DNA of 64,000 nucleotides. Origin: Nymphaea colorata. Lineage: Eukaryota. The notes beneath the pieces were generated by a model. That model ran no database searches and was not told the DNA's origin. It saw only the letters and a program-made list of their open reading frames with translations. Made by a program: the position numbers and the translations under genes. Where the stretch lies: NCBI RefSeq assembly GCF_008831285.2, contig NC_045138.2:27962001-28026000 (forward strand), given 5' to 3'. Below, piece after piece: positions 24,896 to 37,590 of this stretch; positions within the stretch are counted from its first letter, which is position 1; every line of letters starts with the position of its first letter.

Positions 24896-27800
24896 TGTTG
24901 GTGTATGGAAGTTGATCAATACTAGACACTCATGTAAGGGCATATGGGTCAGCAAATAATGAACAGAACCCAAATCGTGAAGATGATTCAGCAAATGCAG
25001 CAACAGAAGATATAGCTGATGCACTTGCCTTGAGTGTACACAGCTCTATAGAGTCTTGGATTTTAGACTCTGACGCATCTTTCCATTCAACGTATTCTAA
25101 TGAAAGTATGCATAACTATGTTGCAGGAAAATTTGGTAGAGTATACCTTGCAGATGATGAACCTCTGGATATTGTATGGAAAGGTGAGGTTCACATTAAA
25201 ATGCAGAATGGGCATGTATGGAAATTAAAAGATGTCAGACATGTCCTAGGGTTGAAGAGGAATCTCATCTCGGTCGGACAGTTAGACGACGAAGGCTATG
25301 TCACTACCTTTGTTGGCGGATCTTGGAAGATAACCAAAGGTGCTATGGTTATAGCACGAGGTCACAAACTTGGCACTTTGTACATGACTGCAGATGTGAA
25401 AGACACAGTGGCTGTGGCGAAATGTGAGAACAAATCATTGTTGTGGCATTACAGGCTTGGGCATATGAGTGAGAAGGGAATGAAGATCATGACAACAAAT
25501 AACAAGTTGCATGACTTGAAATCTGTAGACATTGGGCTATGTGAAGACTGTGTTTTCGGAAAACAGAAAATGGTCACTTTCTCCAAAGTTGGACGGCCTC
25601 CAAAAAAGGAAAAGCTAGAGTTGGTGCATACTGATGTTTGGGGACCAGCTCCAGTTCGTTCTCTTGGAGGATCCCTATACTATGTCACATTCATTGATGA
25701 TTGTACAATGAAGGTATGGGTTTACTTTCTCAAATATAAATCTGACGTGTTTACTGTTTTCAAAAGGTGGAAAGCAGAAGTAGAAAATCAGACCGAAAAG
25801 AAGATTAAATGTCTGCGGTCAGATAATGGAGGTGAGTATGACAGCAAAGAGTTTAAAAATTTTTGTGCAGATCATGGGATTCAAACACAAAGAATGGTCC
25901 CTAAAAAGCCACGACGAAATGGGGTTGCTGAAAGAATGAACAGAACCCTTTGTGAAAGAGCAAGAAGCATGAGACTGCATTCAGGCTTACCAAAAATGTT
26001 TTGGGCGGATGCAATTAGTACAGCTGCATACTTGATAAATCGTGGGCCTTCTGTTCTTTTGGACTACGGAATACCTGAAGAAGCCTGGACCGGCAAGGAG
26101 GTAAATCTTGCACACTTAAGAGTCTTCGGTTGTGTTTCTTACATACATATAGACTCGGATAAAAGAGATAAATTAGATCCTAAGTCCAGGAAATGTTATT
26201 TCATTGGTTATGGAAATGATGAGTTTGGGTATCGCTTTTGGGATGATAAAGCGAAGAAGATTATTAGACACAATGATGTAGTGTTTAATGAGATGGCTCT
26301 GTACAAAGACAAGGATAGTCTTATGTCTGAGAAGAATGAACATCATGACACAAGTGAAGACATTGTAGAACTTCAAGATGTCTCTGAAGATGATGTTGCA
26401 ATTAAGAGTCAAGATGGAAACAGTCAGATGGAACAAGAAGCAAGCACATCCCAACCTCCATTAAGGAGATCAAGTAGAAGGCCAAAACCAAATCGAAGGT
26501 ATTCTCCTTACTTACATTACTTGTTGTTAACTGATGCTGGAGAACCCGAGTGTTTTGATAAAGCAATGCAGGTTACAGATTCGGTTAAGTGGGAGTTAGC
26601 TATGAAAGAGGAGATAGACTCTCTACATGCTAACAAAACGTGGACTGAGCTTCCTTGTGGGAAGAAGGCATTGCAAAACAAATGGGTATACAGGATTAAA
26701 GAAAAAGCAGATGGAAGGAAAATGTATAAAGCAAGGTTAGTAGTGAAATGTTTTTAACAGAAAGAAGGTATATATTATACAGAAATTTTCTCTCCTGTTG
26801 TAAAACTAACTACTATAAGATTGGTATTGAGTTTAGTTGCAGCTGAAAATTTATATTTAGAGCAACTAGATGTAAAGACTGCATTCCTTCATGGGGATTT
26901 GGAGGATGACATTTATATGGTGCAACCTGAAGGCTTTCAAGTATTAGGAAAAGAAAGTCTTGTATGCAAGTTAGAGAAGAGTCTCTATGGTTTAAAGCAG
27001 GCACCGAGACAGTGGTACAAAAAGTTTGATAACTTCATGGGGAGAAATGCTTTTAAGAAGTGTGATATGGATCACTGTTGTTATTTTAAGAACCTTGATA
27101 GTTGTTATATCATTTTACTATTATATGTGAATGATATGCTTATTGCAGGCTCAAATTTGCAAGAGATTAATTCTCTGAAAGAACAACTATCAAAAGAGTT
27201 TGAAATGAAAGATCTATGTGCTGCGAAACAAATCCTTGGGATGAGAATTAGTAGGGACAGTAAGACAGGTACGTTAAATTTGTCTCAATAAAATTATATT
27301 GAGAAGATCTTGTGCAGGTTTAAGATGCAAGATGCTAAACCTGTTAGTACGCTTCTTGCTAGTCATTTCAAACTGTCCAACGATTTGTCACCCAAGACAG
27401 ATGAAGAACATGAAGAAATGTCAAAGATTCCATATGCTTCAGCAGTGGGTAGCTTGATGTATGCTATAGTATGCACTAGACCAGACATAGCACAAGCAGT
27501 GGGAGCAGTGAGCAGATACATGGCTGAGCCTGGGAAGAAACATTGGGAGGCTGTGAAGTGGATATTACGTTATTGGAAAGGAACTTCAGGTATGAGCCTT
27601 TGTTTTAAGAAAAATGAATTACTTTTGCATGGCTTTGTAGATGCAGATTTGGGTGGTGATCTTGACAGTAGAAGAAGTACTACCGGGTACATTTATACCC
27701 TAGGAGGAACCTGTGTCAGTTGGGTTTCACAGCTTCAAAAGGTTGTTGCACTGTCTACCACAGAAGCTGAATATATTGCAGTTACAGAAGCCAGCAAAGA

Positions 27801-28443
27801 GATGATTTGGTTAAAGACTATTCTAAAAGAATTGCATGTAAAGAAAGATAAGAGTGTTCTTTCTTGTGATAGTCAAAGTGCAATTCATTTAGCCAAGAAT
27901 CCAGTGTTCCATGCTAGAACAAAGCATATTGAGTTGAAGTATCATTTCATTAGAGATTTGTTGGAAGAGAAGATACTATCTCTTAAAAAGATTCGTGGAA
28001 CAGAGAATCCTGCAGACATGTTGACAAAGCCAGTGACTGCTGAGAAGTTGAGGTTATGTTTAACCTCAGTTTGTCTCCAAGGTTGATTGATGAGGAGACG
28101 TTGCACAGGTTGAGTATGTGATGTACAAACACTTGGATGGATCAAATTCCAAGTGAGAGATTGTTGGTGTATGGAAGTTGATCCATACTGGACACTCATG
28201 TAAGGGCATATGGGTCATTTTGTACAAATGCGGGTTTGCCTTAATCCTTATGTTTTGAGGATGGCCGCCGCTTGAGAGTGTCTGTTCTGTGTGTTCATAG
28301 AAGAGAGAATACAAGAGATCTGTGCGACCGTGGACGTATGAGATTATTGCTCCGAACCACGTAAATCGTTGTCTTCTTCCTTGTTGCTTCTAACCCCCTC
28401 TTGAGAGAGTGAGAGGAGTGTTTATTGTGTGTTGTTCCTAACA
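24896..28443 (+). mobile_element. Internally deleted Ty1/copia element (Tnt1/Tork-like pol motifs)
   Basis: TSD TTATT at 24891-24895 and 28444-28448. Only 56 bp of the 5' LTR remain (24896-24951), fused to the end of gag. 3' LTR at 28162-28443. Pol is in one frame (25030-28086) with TAA stops at 26755 and 27289, and YVND replaces YVDD. Motifs SWILDS, LELVHTDVWGP, RSDNGGEY, ADMLTK. Confidence 0.93.
28162..28443 (+). repeat. 3' LTR of copia element 2 (282 bp)
   Basis: TGTTGG...CCTAACA after the purine tract AAGTGAGAGA. Confidence 0.9.
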
Positions 28444-30589
28444 TTATTTATCGTAATTGGAAACTTAGCTTGTGTCTATATGTCAATTTGGGCCTGCAAG
28501 GGCTATCAGCTGAGTTGATTTTGGTTTGACATACTTCCTTGTTTTGCTTTATTTTGATTATCTTAAAATTATGTTTATATTGCGTCATAAAAAAGTAATA
28601 TCTCTATTTAGAAGACAATAGCCAGTCTGATTGGGAAATGTATAATTAATCTATGTTGTATATGAGTTCCAGTGTTAATGAATGTTGAATTTCATCCCGT
28701 GATATATCCAAAAGCAGGCACGAGAGTGAGAGCGTCATTTTCTATGATGAGAATAGCAGGTGTTATTCTGCAAATTCTGCTTTGTTTCCATGAACCATTT
28801 CTCTTATCATAAAAGAAGATAGGCATCTTACTTCTCTCTCTAGGAACGGGAATGCTTGTACACATGTGCAGGTAATTGCTCGACATTGGGGCCACGACGG
28901 TTTAAACTTTAAATTGTATTCCGCAAAAGCGGCGAGCCCATATTTAGATGCACATCATGTTTCTTTCCATCCAGACTGCAGTATTGCTAATCTGTGTCTC
29001 TCAAGCTTTTAATTTTGCTTTTTCATGTATTACACAACAAACGAACTTAGGGAGAAGAGCGATGTTTATAGCTTCGGAGTCGTCCTCTTCGATCTCATGA
29101 CAGGGCAGAATGCTATACTCACTCAAGGACGACGACAAGTTCATCAACAGCTTTGTTCGGCATGGATCCCTTTTCGTATCCTTCTGCAAGGTAATCAACA
29201 ATAGTTCCGGGGGCCACAGTCTATGCCTTTAATTCCCACTCACGAAGAATTGTTTCTGTAGCATCAACTTAATCCATCAATGTGATGGACATCATATTGC
29301 TGCTTCGATGCGTATGACAAGCCATTTGGTGAAAGAATTTAGTACATCACCCATTAACCACTTAACGCACGACTTCCTCTTCATTTCCTCGTTAGCCTTT
29401 TGTTCATGCAAACCCAAGATGGATAGAGAGTGACATTCTCGTACAGCTTAATGAAAAGGTGAGAGCAAAATTTCAGGCTGCTGAAGAAGTGAGACTCAAG
29501 TGTTTGACAAAATTCACGGCGGGTTCCGGTGCAAGGCTGCTGGTGATGGGCCTCCTTCCCTCTTATTCCAAATGAATCAAGAATCACATATGTACATAGA
29601 CGAATATAACTACAGACCTACCACTCAACCTTAGACAAACGACATGTGGATACAACACAGAAAGAATTGCTGAATTGAAACTTACAGAATCATGGATACA
29701 AATCCAGAAACAACACAGACCATCTCCATCCAAGATACACAATGCCCTATATCTTGGACATGAGTGAATTGCTATGGGGGTCACGGGGGGTTCAAACAAT
29801 AATTAATGCGAGTGGCAGAGGAGGTGGGTTGGAAGGAGGGGAAGGGATGGAATGGCATGCACTGTGCAGGAATGAATTGAAATGGCAAATTATGTGTTCA
29901 TCCAGTTCCATGCTTGGACAAAAAATTCATTTTTATATCGGACTAAAGAAGCTAATTTAGATATGTGCAGTTAAGTTGGTTGATTATTATCCCTGTCCAA
30001 TAATGTCTATATATCGGCAAAAGTAAGTCGCTACTTTCGCCAGTTAAGGGCTGTAAGTGCATCTGATTTAAATTGAGAATCAGAAACTAGACATTGCCAA
30101 AAAATTTACCGCAGAATAAGCATAACAAAAAAATGGCTGATTTAGAACATCACTGCTCACCAAGTTTGCCGAAACCTGGATACAGCTGTCAATTGTTGTG
30201 ATGCATTTAATTCGACACGGTTTATGTAGACCTTGTTCTTCTTTACTTTTCGGCTTAAAACCTGCAAACGTGTTTATAATTACATAAAGCATGTACTGAG
30301 TAAAGCATTTTACGCGTAGATCGTTTTAAAGATACTAAGAAAATAGTTATCACCTCATAAATTTTATTGTAATACTACGTACATCAACGACAGCCCCTGA
30401 TTACGCTGCAAAAGAGACGGATTCGTCCTGCAGCAACTGTCCCTTCTTCCTATTAGTCCAAATTATTGTGAATCAGATTATTTTGGATGCAGAAATTACT
30501 GTCCTGGTACTTCCAGGCAAACAATTACTCAAATATAATTTCATAAAACCTTGGACAAGGCGCATTTCCTTTGAAGCACTGATGTTGCA

Positions 30590-31057
30590 TTACCGTGCTG
30601 AAGGATAAACTACAGAATCCAAGTCCAGATCAGCACCACCACTTAATGATACTGATCTTGGCATTGATCCAATAGATGAACTTCTTTTCAATCGGTGAGT
30701 TTCGATGTTCATGGCCTCCATCAGTTCATTCACAACCGCTGTCATGGTAGGCCTGGCGATTGCCTTATCCGCAGTGCATGACAGTGCCGTGTCTGCAACT
30801 TTCCATATGGAATTGGTGTCATACGATTCTTGTAGCCTGGGATCTATTATGCTGGCAATTTCTCCTCTCACTATTTTAGGCGTCACCCATTGAAGGATGT
30901 GAACTCGGCTTGATCCCAGAGCGAATATAGCTTGTCTACCTGTGACGAGCTCAAACAGGACTACCCCAAAGCTGTACACATCACTCTTTTCTGTAAGTTT
31001 ATTTGTGTTGTAGTACCTACAGCAGAAAGGAGAAAGCTGAGCAATCAATATCCAAGT

Positions 31058-31109
<52 letters not shown>

Positions 31110-34100
31110 CGACAGAGAGAATTTGACATACTCAGGGTCTATATATCCAGGCGTCCCTGCGACTGCAGTTGTCATATGTGTAATGTCATCTTTAATACCG
31201 GTTTTCGATAAGCCAAAATCTGCCAATTTTGCTTCTAGATTACTATCTAATAGGATGTTGGTGGTCTTGACATCCCTGTGTACCACGGGCGGCCTGCATC
31301 CTGAATGGAGATAGTCTAGGCCTGCACTCCAAAATATTCCAATTTACACGTATATCCAAATGTGGATAATGAAAGCGAAGAGTTGGATATATTTTAGTCA
31401 AACCTGTAGCAACATTGAGAGCTATTTGCAATCTTTGCTTCCAGTCTGGTGTACATGTTTCATCTGCAGAAGGATTTAAAGTTAAATATCTCTATGGCAC
31501 ACCCGTATCCGCACTCTTTCTTTTGCCTTTTCTGCTGAAATTGGGGAGACGGCTGAAGAACAAGCGCAACAGGGGATAATAATCTGACATTTTATTATGG
31601 GGAACAAGTGGGACTGTAAACATTCATCTTCAAGGACAACAAATTCCGACATGCTTAAATAACTCGTTGGATGAGTTTTCCCCTCATCAATAAGTATACA
31701 TATTAGCTGGTTTTAACAAGCCTGAGCAGAATATGCTGTTTCTATTTAAGAGTACCTGAGAGTAGCCCCCGAAGATTTCCTCTGTCCATGTACTCATAGA
31801 CTAGGATCAATTTCTCATCTTCGTCACAGAAACCAACAAAAGATGCCAAGTTCCTGTGGTGAACTTTCATTAAGAGCTCGACCTGCGGTGGCAAGTAACA
31901 GTTAGTTGTCGGCAGTTATCAATACATTTTTCCCTATTGATTCGCAATGAAGCTTGTTTCTTTTGCTTTGAAGAGGGAAACATACAGACCTCAGCAGTAT
32001 ATTCCTTGATTCCTTGTGGAAGAGATCTTGTCATTATCTTGACTGCAACTTCCTTGCCATCTCTTAGACATCCATAATAAACACTACCAGATCCTCCTTT
32101 GCCTATAGCTTTCTGAAAATCATTGGTGATGTGCGAAATTTCTGCATATGAGAAAGTGCGGCCTCTTCCTTCTCTTTTATGTTGTGAGATCGGCACATCA
32201 TCTGGCTCCCAAAAGTTGCTTTTATTACGTAATACAGGAAAAAATTACTTTGAGCATTTTCCAAAATGGTGCAATTCATGCAGGACTGCGTTCGCTCTAT
32301 TCACCATCAAAGGAAACGATTGCAATAATTCAAAATTCAGCAAATTTTAGACGGAGGGAGATCCTCACCTCGCGGCTTTCTGTTTTTCTTCATCGTAAGG
32401 AACGCTGAGGACAGTGATATTAACGCCACCAAAATTGCCACCACTACGCCCGCAATTATAATGTTTTTCTTTTTCCCACCCTTTCCACCTTGGTCGCAAG
32501 GTTCTTGCTTGCACATATGAGGGTTGCTATCGATGCTTCAATCAGATTGACGAAAGCAGAAAAGGAAGTTATTTGATGTCATTCAAATAAGAGAAATGGC
32601 ATTCCAAGCATTCATTTTCAGCACATATCCAACCTTAATCTGAGGCGCCCAATATCCGCTCGTTGTTGCAATGTGCTGGGAACTGATCCGGACAAACTAT
32701 TGCTTGACAAATCGCTGAATGAACAGATAGTTCATGTAGATTAAATATTTTTTATTATGCTAGAGCGCATCTGTTTCATATAGCAGTAATAATTTAAGAA
32801 CTATCTTGCTCCTCTCGGGCAATAGCCTACTTACAGAATGGTCAAATTGGCCAGCTCTTGCAAGAAGGATGGAATTGGTCCATCGAGGTTGTTTGTTGAC
32901 AGGTTCCTAAAGGAGGAGTGGCAGGGGTCATGATGATGATAATGATGGTGACGTTGAATCACAAACTACTAAGAGCAAAAACGGCCATCAGGTTCATTGG
33001 TGAACTTACAATTTCTGCAGTGCTGTCAATTGAGAAAAGAAGTTGCTAACTGGACCCTGTAGCCTACTTCTCGAAAGGTCCCTGCAAATGAAACCTTATG
33101 TCATGAACATTGGTAGTAGTGAAGAAGAACCAGGCTCCAGCAAATTAACATTCTGTAGACAGAGACGAACTCTCACAAAGACACTATTCTTGCTGCTGAA
33201 GAGTTCTCGTAGCTACAATTCAGCCCATCCCAAGGAGAAATCCGAGGCAAACAGGGATCGGCTTGCCAATTTCTCTTTACACCATAGTAAGTCTTGATGG
33301 CATTGATGGCGTCAACTGGAAACAGGAAACCGAAAGTAAGAAACAAAACGGAAAACAAAATGATTTTGTCAAACTTTCCGCGGCTGCCAATACTCTGATC
33401 ACTGTATCCAAACTGGCACTTTTGATATCCTGACTTCGACGGGTAATGTGCAAAATATGCCATTAGATTAGATAGGAACTATACATTTAATAACTTGAAC
33501 CAATGGCCCTCGCCTTGTAATAGAAGCCAAGTACTAATTTTCTCATGGAAGCTTCGAGAAAGAACCTACCATCCTGGCTTTGAGTTGCCGATCCACTGGG
33601 CCGAACCACCTTGAATACCTCGAACGCGTTCAGAATGGGGGCACAGTTCGAGTCGCTACTTGCCTCGACCGTAAACGAGTAGTTTGCTGCATATATAGGT
33701 TTGGTCGAAAACACAGAGAAGCTGTTGAGGTAGTCGAGGTAGATCTTGTGATACCAGGTATCACCGTTGTTCTTTATCGTCAGATTCCTGTGGCCGTTTA
33801 TCCGCTGCAGCTCGGCGAAGTGAAATACCGGAAGGTAGAGAGCATCGGACCCTCCGGGCCATGTGACGACTATGGGGCCGGAGGAGTTGGCTGCTGTCTG
33901 CATCACCGCCGACGGCAAAACGAAGAACGTCCCGTTCTCTTCTCTTAGCATGGCCTTGGTTCCAATTGGGTTCCCGTATAAGCCATTGTCTGGTCTCCAA
34001 ATGCGGTCTAATGCATCGTCTGGATACCTGTGGAAGGGCACTCGTGATCGGATGTCCTAAACCAGGAGGCTAGCTTATAGTACAACTTTTGGTCATGTCA

Positions 34101-35746
34101 ATCGAAAGTCCTTATATGCGTAACCCTTTGCAGATTACCTTACTTCTGCTGATGCTCCAACGTCCACCCTCATGAAGGTTGTGAATGAGCCCAAGTCTGT
34201 GTAGTTATTATAAAGGAGGTTATGCCCTGCGATAGGTCGAAGCTCCAAAGCGGAGATGAAAGGGACGGCGGCGGTGGTTTTCACAAGGCATACGCTCATG
34301 GTCGTCGTGTTCGCCCGGCTCCCAAACTCCGTCCAGTACATATGAGTCGCATTGTCCAACTTGATGGTCTCCCAGAAGTCAACCCCAAGGTAGAGGTCGA
34401 AGCTAAGCGCAGCGTTACTTGCCATTCCATCGTAATTGCCGTGCATGAAGTACGCCCGGACCAAATAGCTGGTTGCTTGGTCCACTGGCAGCGTGTAGCA
34501 ATTCCTCTTGTAATCAGGAAAATATCTGAGCGTCTGGTAGATTTTCGGAATATTTTTTAGTGCAGCGTCAATTTGCTTGTTCACTCCGCTGTCTATGAAT
34601 TCATCGTCTGAGACGTAATAGAGACCGATGTCACTGGTATAGGTTGAACCGTCCGGGACACCGCAATCGATGCTGAGAAAACCTGTTACTTACGAATGAA
34701 GATAAAAAAAGTTAAAGTTTGGGAAACTATACCCTTTTTGACTCCCTGTTTGTTATTGACTTCATATATATACAAGTCGTATTGAGGATGTGAATGGGGC
34801 TGTGCACCCAAGCGAGTTAACTCTACATCGACTCGAACTCCCTCAATAAACTTGACTCAAACTAGATTCGTTTATTAAACTAGTTGAGTTTGAGTTAAGA
34901 TTCGTTTATTAAACTAGTTGAGTTTGAGTTAAGAAATGAACTCGACAACTTAAACCAGTAGAGTCGAGTTTGAACGGACTCAAGCTCGAGCCTATTTCAA
35001 GTTCCTTTCAAAACACTTGAGTGGAGTTCAAGCGGACTCAACTCGGCTTGAACTCACCCATGAACAGCTCTAGACGTGAATAAGTGGAGAAGATCCTATC
35101 GTCGATCTGATTTCCATTCATTTAATCAAAATTGATCAAGAAACTCCATTCTAATTATTAGATAAAATCGGCTTCACATGCAAAATACATTCTTATAACC
35201 AGATTTGAACTCAAGGCCGAAATTCAATTAAACTATATATACATGCCAAACAATTAAGAAATAGGAAAATTATTAAAAACCATACCATATAGATCTTTTA
35301 ACTAAAAGAATGACTACCATGTGGCGCTCTTATGAAGTCGAAGGAGGACCAATATTCGTCATTCGTTCATTCATGGAAAAAAATCACCTATAAAAACTTG
35401 AGGCAGGCCAGTCATTCCAGAGATGCCGTTAGGAGTACCCTAGCTCGATCTCAGTTTGTCCATTATAACGAAAAAAAGAATTAGAACACTAGCGCTCGCC
35501 AGTGGCTTCGGAAGATCACTTGGCCTTTCGGTGAAGCAGCAAATTCTTTATAAGCAAGGGGAGAGGGAGAGAGTTTGATGAAGTTCTAATCGACACAGTG
35601 GGAGGGATGGGAGGGGCGTTCTTACCTTTCTGGGCAGCAACTAGGAGCAGAGTAAAAGAGTGGCAGAGCAGAAGGAAGATACCAGAAGGGTTGATCATCG
35701 TAGACATCGGCAGCACCGTAGAGCACTCTTTGAATTTCTCAAACAT
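30590..35746 (-). CDS. Malectin-like domain/LRR receptor-like Ser/Thr kinase (LRR-I type), copy A', complete
   Basis: Same exon structure as A: exon 1 35746-35626, exon 2 34682-34139, last exon 31016-30590 ([17 protein letters not shown]...YPSAR*). Kinase motifs intact and no lesion seen. Confidence 0.93.
34795..35072. mobile_element. hAT-like MITE in intron 1 of A' (paralogous to 4157-4404)
   Basis: TSD GATGTGAA/GACGTGAA and the same termini. Carries an extra tandem duplication of about 35 bp. Confidence 0.7.
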
Positions 35747-36072
35747 CGGCCTAAAAGCACATGTGGCGCACGCAACTCACTCTCACAACTTTGAGGAGAC
35801 AGATTTGTGTATGTTACTGTAAACAAGTTTCTCCTTTTATTGTTCCAGTCGCCTGTTTATCCACAAGCTCGAAAAAGTCCAGGTCTACCATCATCGTCCA
35901 AGACGGGTTGAATGTATTGCACCACAATTCACGTTCGCTAGCTTTGACCGACTGTTCCACATCCCATTCAGTCTCCATCTATGGGAACTTCTATGGCAGT
36001 ACGTACTTTTCAAGGAAGGAGGAGTTTAAAGGAGGGTGGAAGCAGCAGAATTGCTGAGGGCTAATTAACACC

Positions 36073-36460
36073 ATGACTTCTGTCTGATCTATGAAATAGG
36101 AAATTGTCATGCAGCTTCAAAGATCGTTGCCATCCTTTCTAGAAAATCTGCCATATTTGTCCCGTATGTGAATTCATTTTTTAATATTACGGTCAAGGTT
36201 GTCAATTAACAGCCTTTCTCAGTTACCTGATTTTTTTTTTTTCCTTTCATGAATTCAAAGATTTGTCAAGCAATAATTGTCTGATCAATTCCAAGTGGTT
36301 TGGAAGAAATGAAGGTAAATGGGGAACTCAAATTGAGGTTGGATACTGCTTGCTTTATTTGTAGCTTCTATCTCTTAATTGAAGTGCACTAAAAACCTTT
36401 GTCTCATTGGCCACGCTTTTTTCCAAGGATCGACAACAATCCCCACCTATACCAAGGAAA
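36073..36460 (+). pseudogene. Deleted B-type RLK relic head-to-head with A'
   Basis: Paralog of 5413-5830: start ATG context followed directly by degenerate LRR exons. Confidence 0.8.
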
Positions 36461-36945
36461 GTGTATATCATTGAGAAAATCCAGTGCCCAATCTGATTTG
36501 ATGAATCGGGATTTAGTATAATGCCGCACTAATTGAATATACAACTGAACTGAACATCAAATGTATCCGAGCCATTGTCACCTCTATTTTTTGAATAATC
36601 ACTAAAAGAAACTTAATAAAGAAGGGAGTTCATGTTCCAACAAATTTCAGGGACGAAAACATGGGGATTATTTTTCCAAGTTTTTTGTATTAAACTTTAG
36701 CCTTAAGACCCTGCATATATATACAGGTAATTAGTCACAGTATAACTTTTAGTTGGTAATTGGAAACTTAACAGTGCTCATTTTGCCTGGCACTTGGTAA
36801 AGTTGCTCAGATTGTGAATGGTCAACGTTGATTCGGTCATGCCTTATCTCACAAATAATGACCGAAATGGGACGCGTTTGACATAAAAACGATCTAATCA
36901 ATAAGAAAAAACATTGTGTTCTCTGAATATAAGTTTTGTAAATGT

Positions 36946-37590
36946 TGTTGAACATGCAAGAAGAGAAACAAAGGAGAACACTCAAGCAATTGCGTGGTTC
37001 GGCATGACACCTACGGCCACGGTAGAATGAGCCCCTGACAGCCATGTGAACCACACGACCAAATTACAAAAGGCATTGCCTTGGTAGACCACACGGCAGG
37101 GGAGAGGAGGTAAGGATAGAATGAAATAGGTAACTTTAAGATCATAATAAATTCTTCTCCCCTCTCTAGCGGCATCTCCAAGGTGATAAAAAAGGAATCA
37201 AATCCTCCACCAAAAATCAAGCAGATTCCTTCCTAATAGTCGCCCCCTCGAGTTGGTGTGCACATATCAATATGCTCCAACTTGCTTGTGATAAATCTAT
37301 GCCTTTCAATGGTCAACTACTTAGTAAAAATATTTGTAAGTTGCAGTCCACTTGGAACTTGAGGTGTAGTGATGACCTCATTTTGAATTTCTTTTCTAAT
37401 AAAATGACAATCATTTAATTCGTTCATGATATACAGGGTTGACCCCAATATATGTAGTTTTCATGTTGCCAAATTTTAACTCAACTGGATATGTGATGTG
37501 TATGCACATATCATTTATATAAGCCTTCAACCAAACAATTTTGCAAGTACATGTAGCCATTGGTCTAGATTTAGCCTCAGCACATAATCT
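36946..37590 (-). mobile_element. 3' end of an old copia element: RNase H remnant, PPT and probable LTR
   Basis: Minus strand reads NPVYHER...DCHFIRK...QLTNIFTK, then the purine tract GAGGGGGCG (37241-37249) and about 290 bp ending TCAACA. LTR limits are approximate. Confidence 0.55.

Larger units (their letters stand above)
24110..29280 (+). pseudogene. B-type RLK 3' relic, last intron interrupted by copia element 2
   Basis: [22 protein letters not shown]...DFG...TPGYIDPD (HRD changed to HWD). Intron sequence matches 16850-17080. An internally deleted last exon at about 29030-29193 reads [12 protein letters not shown]...YPSAR*. Confidence 0.82.
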
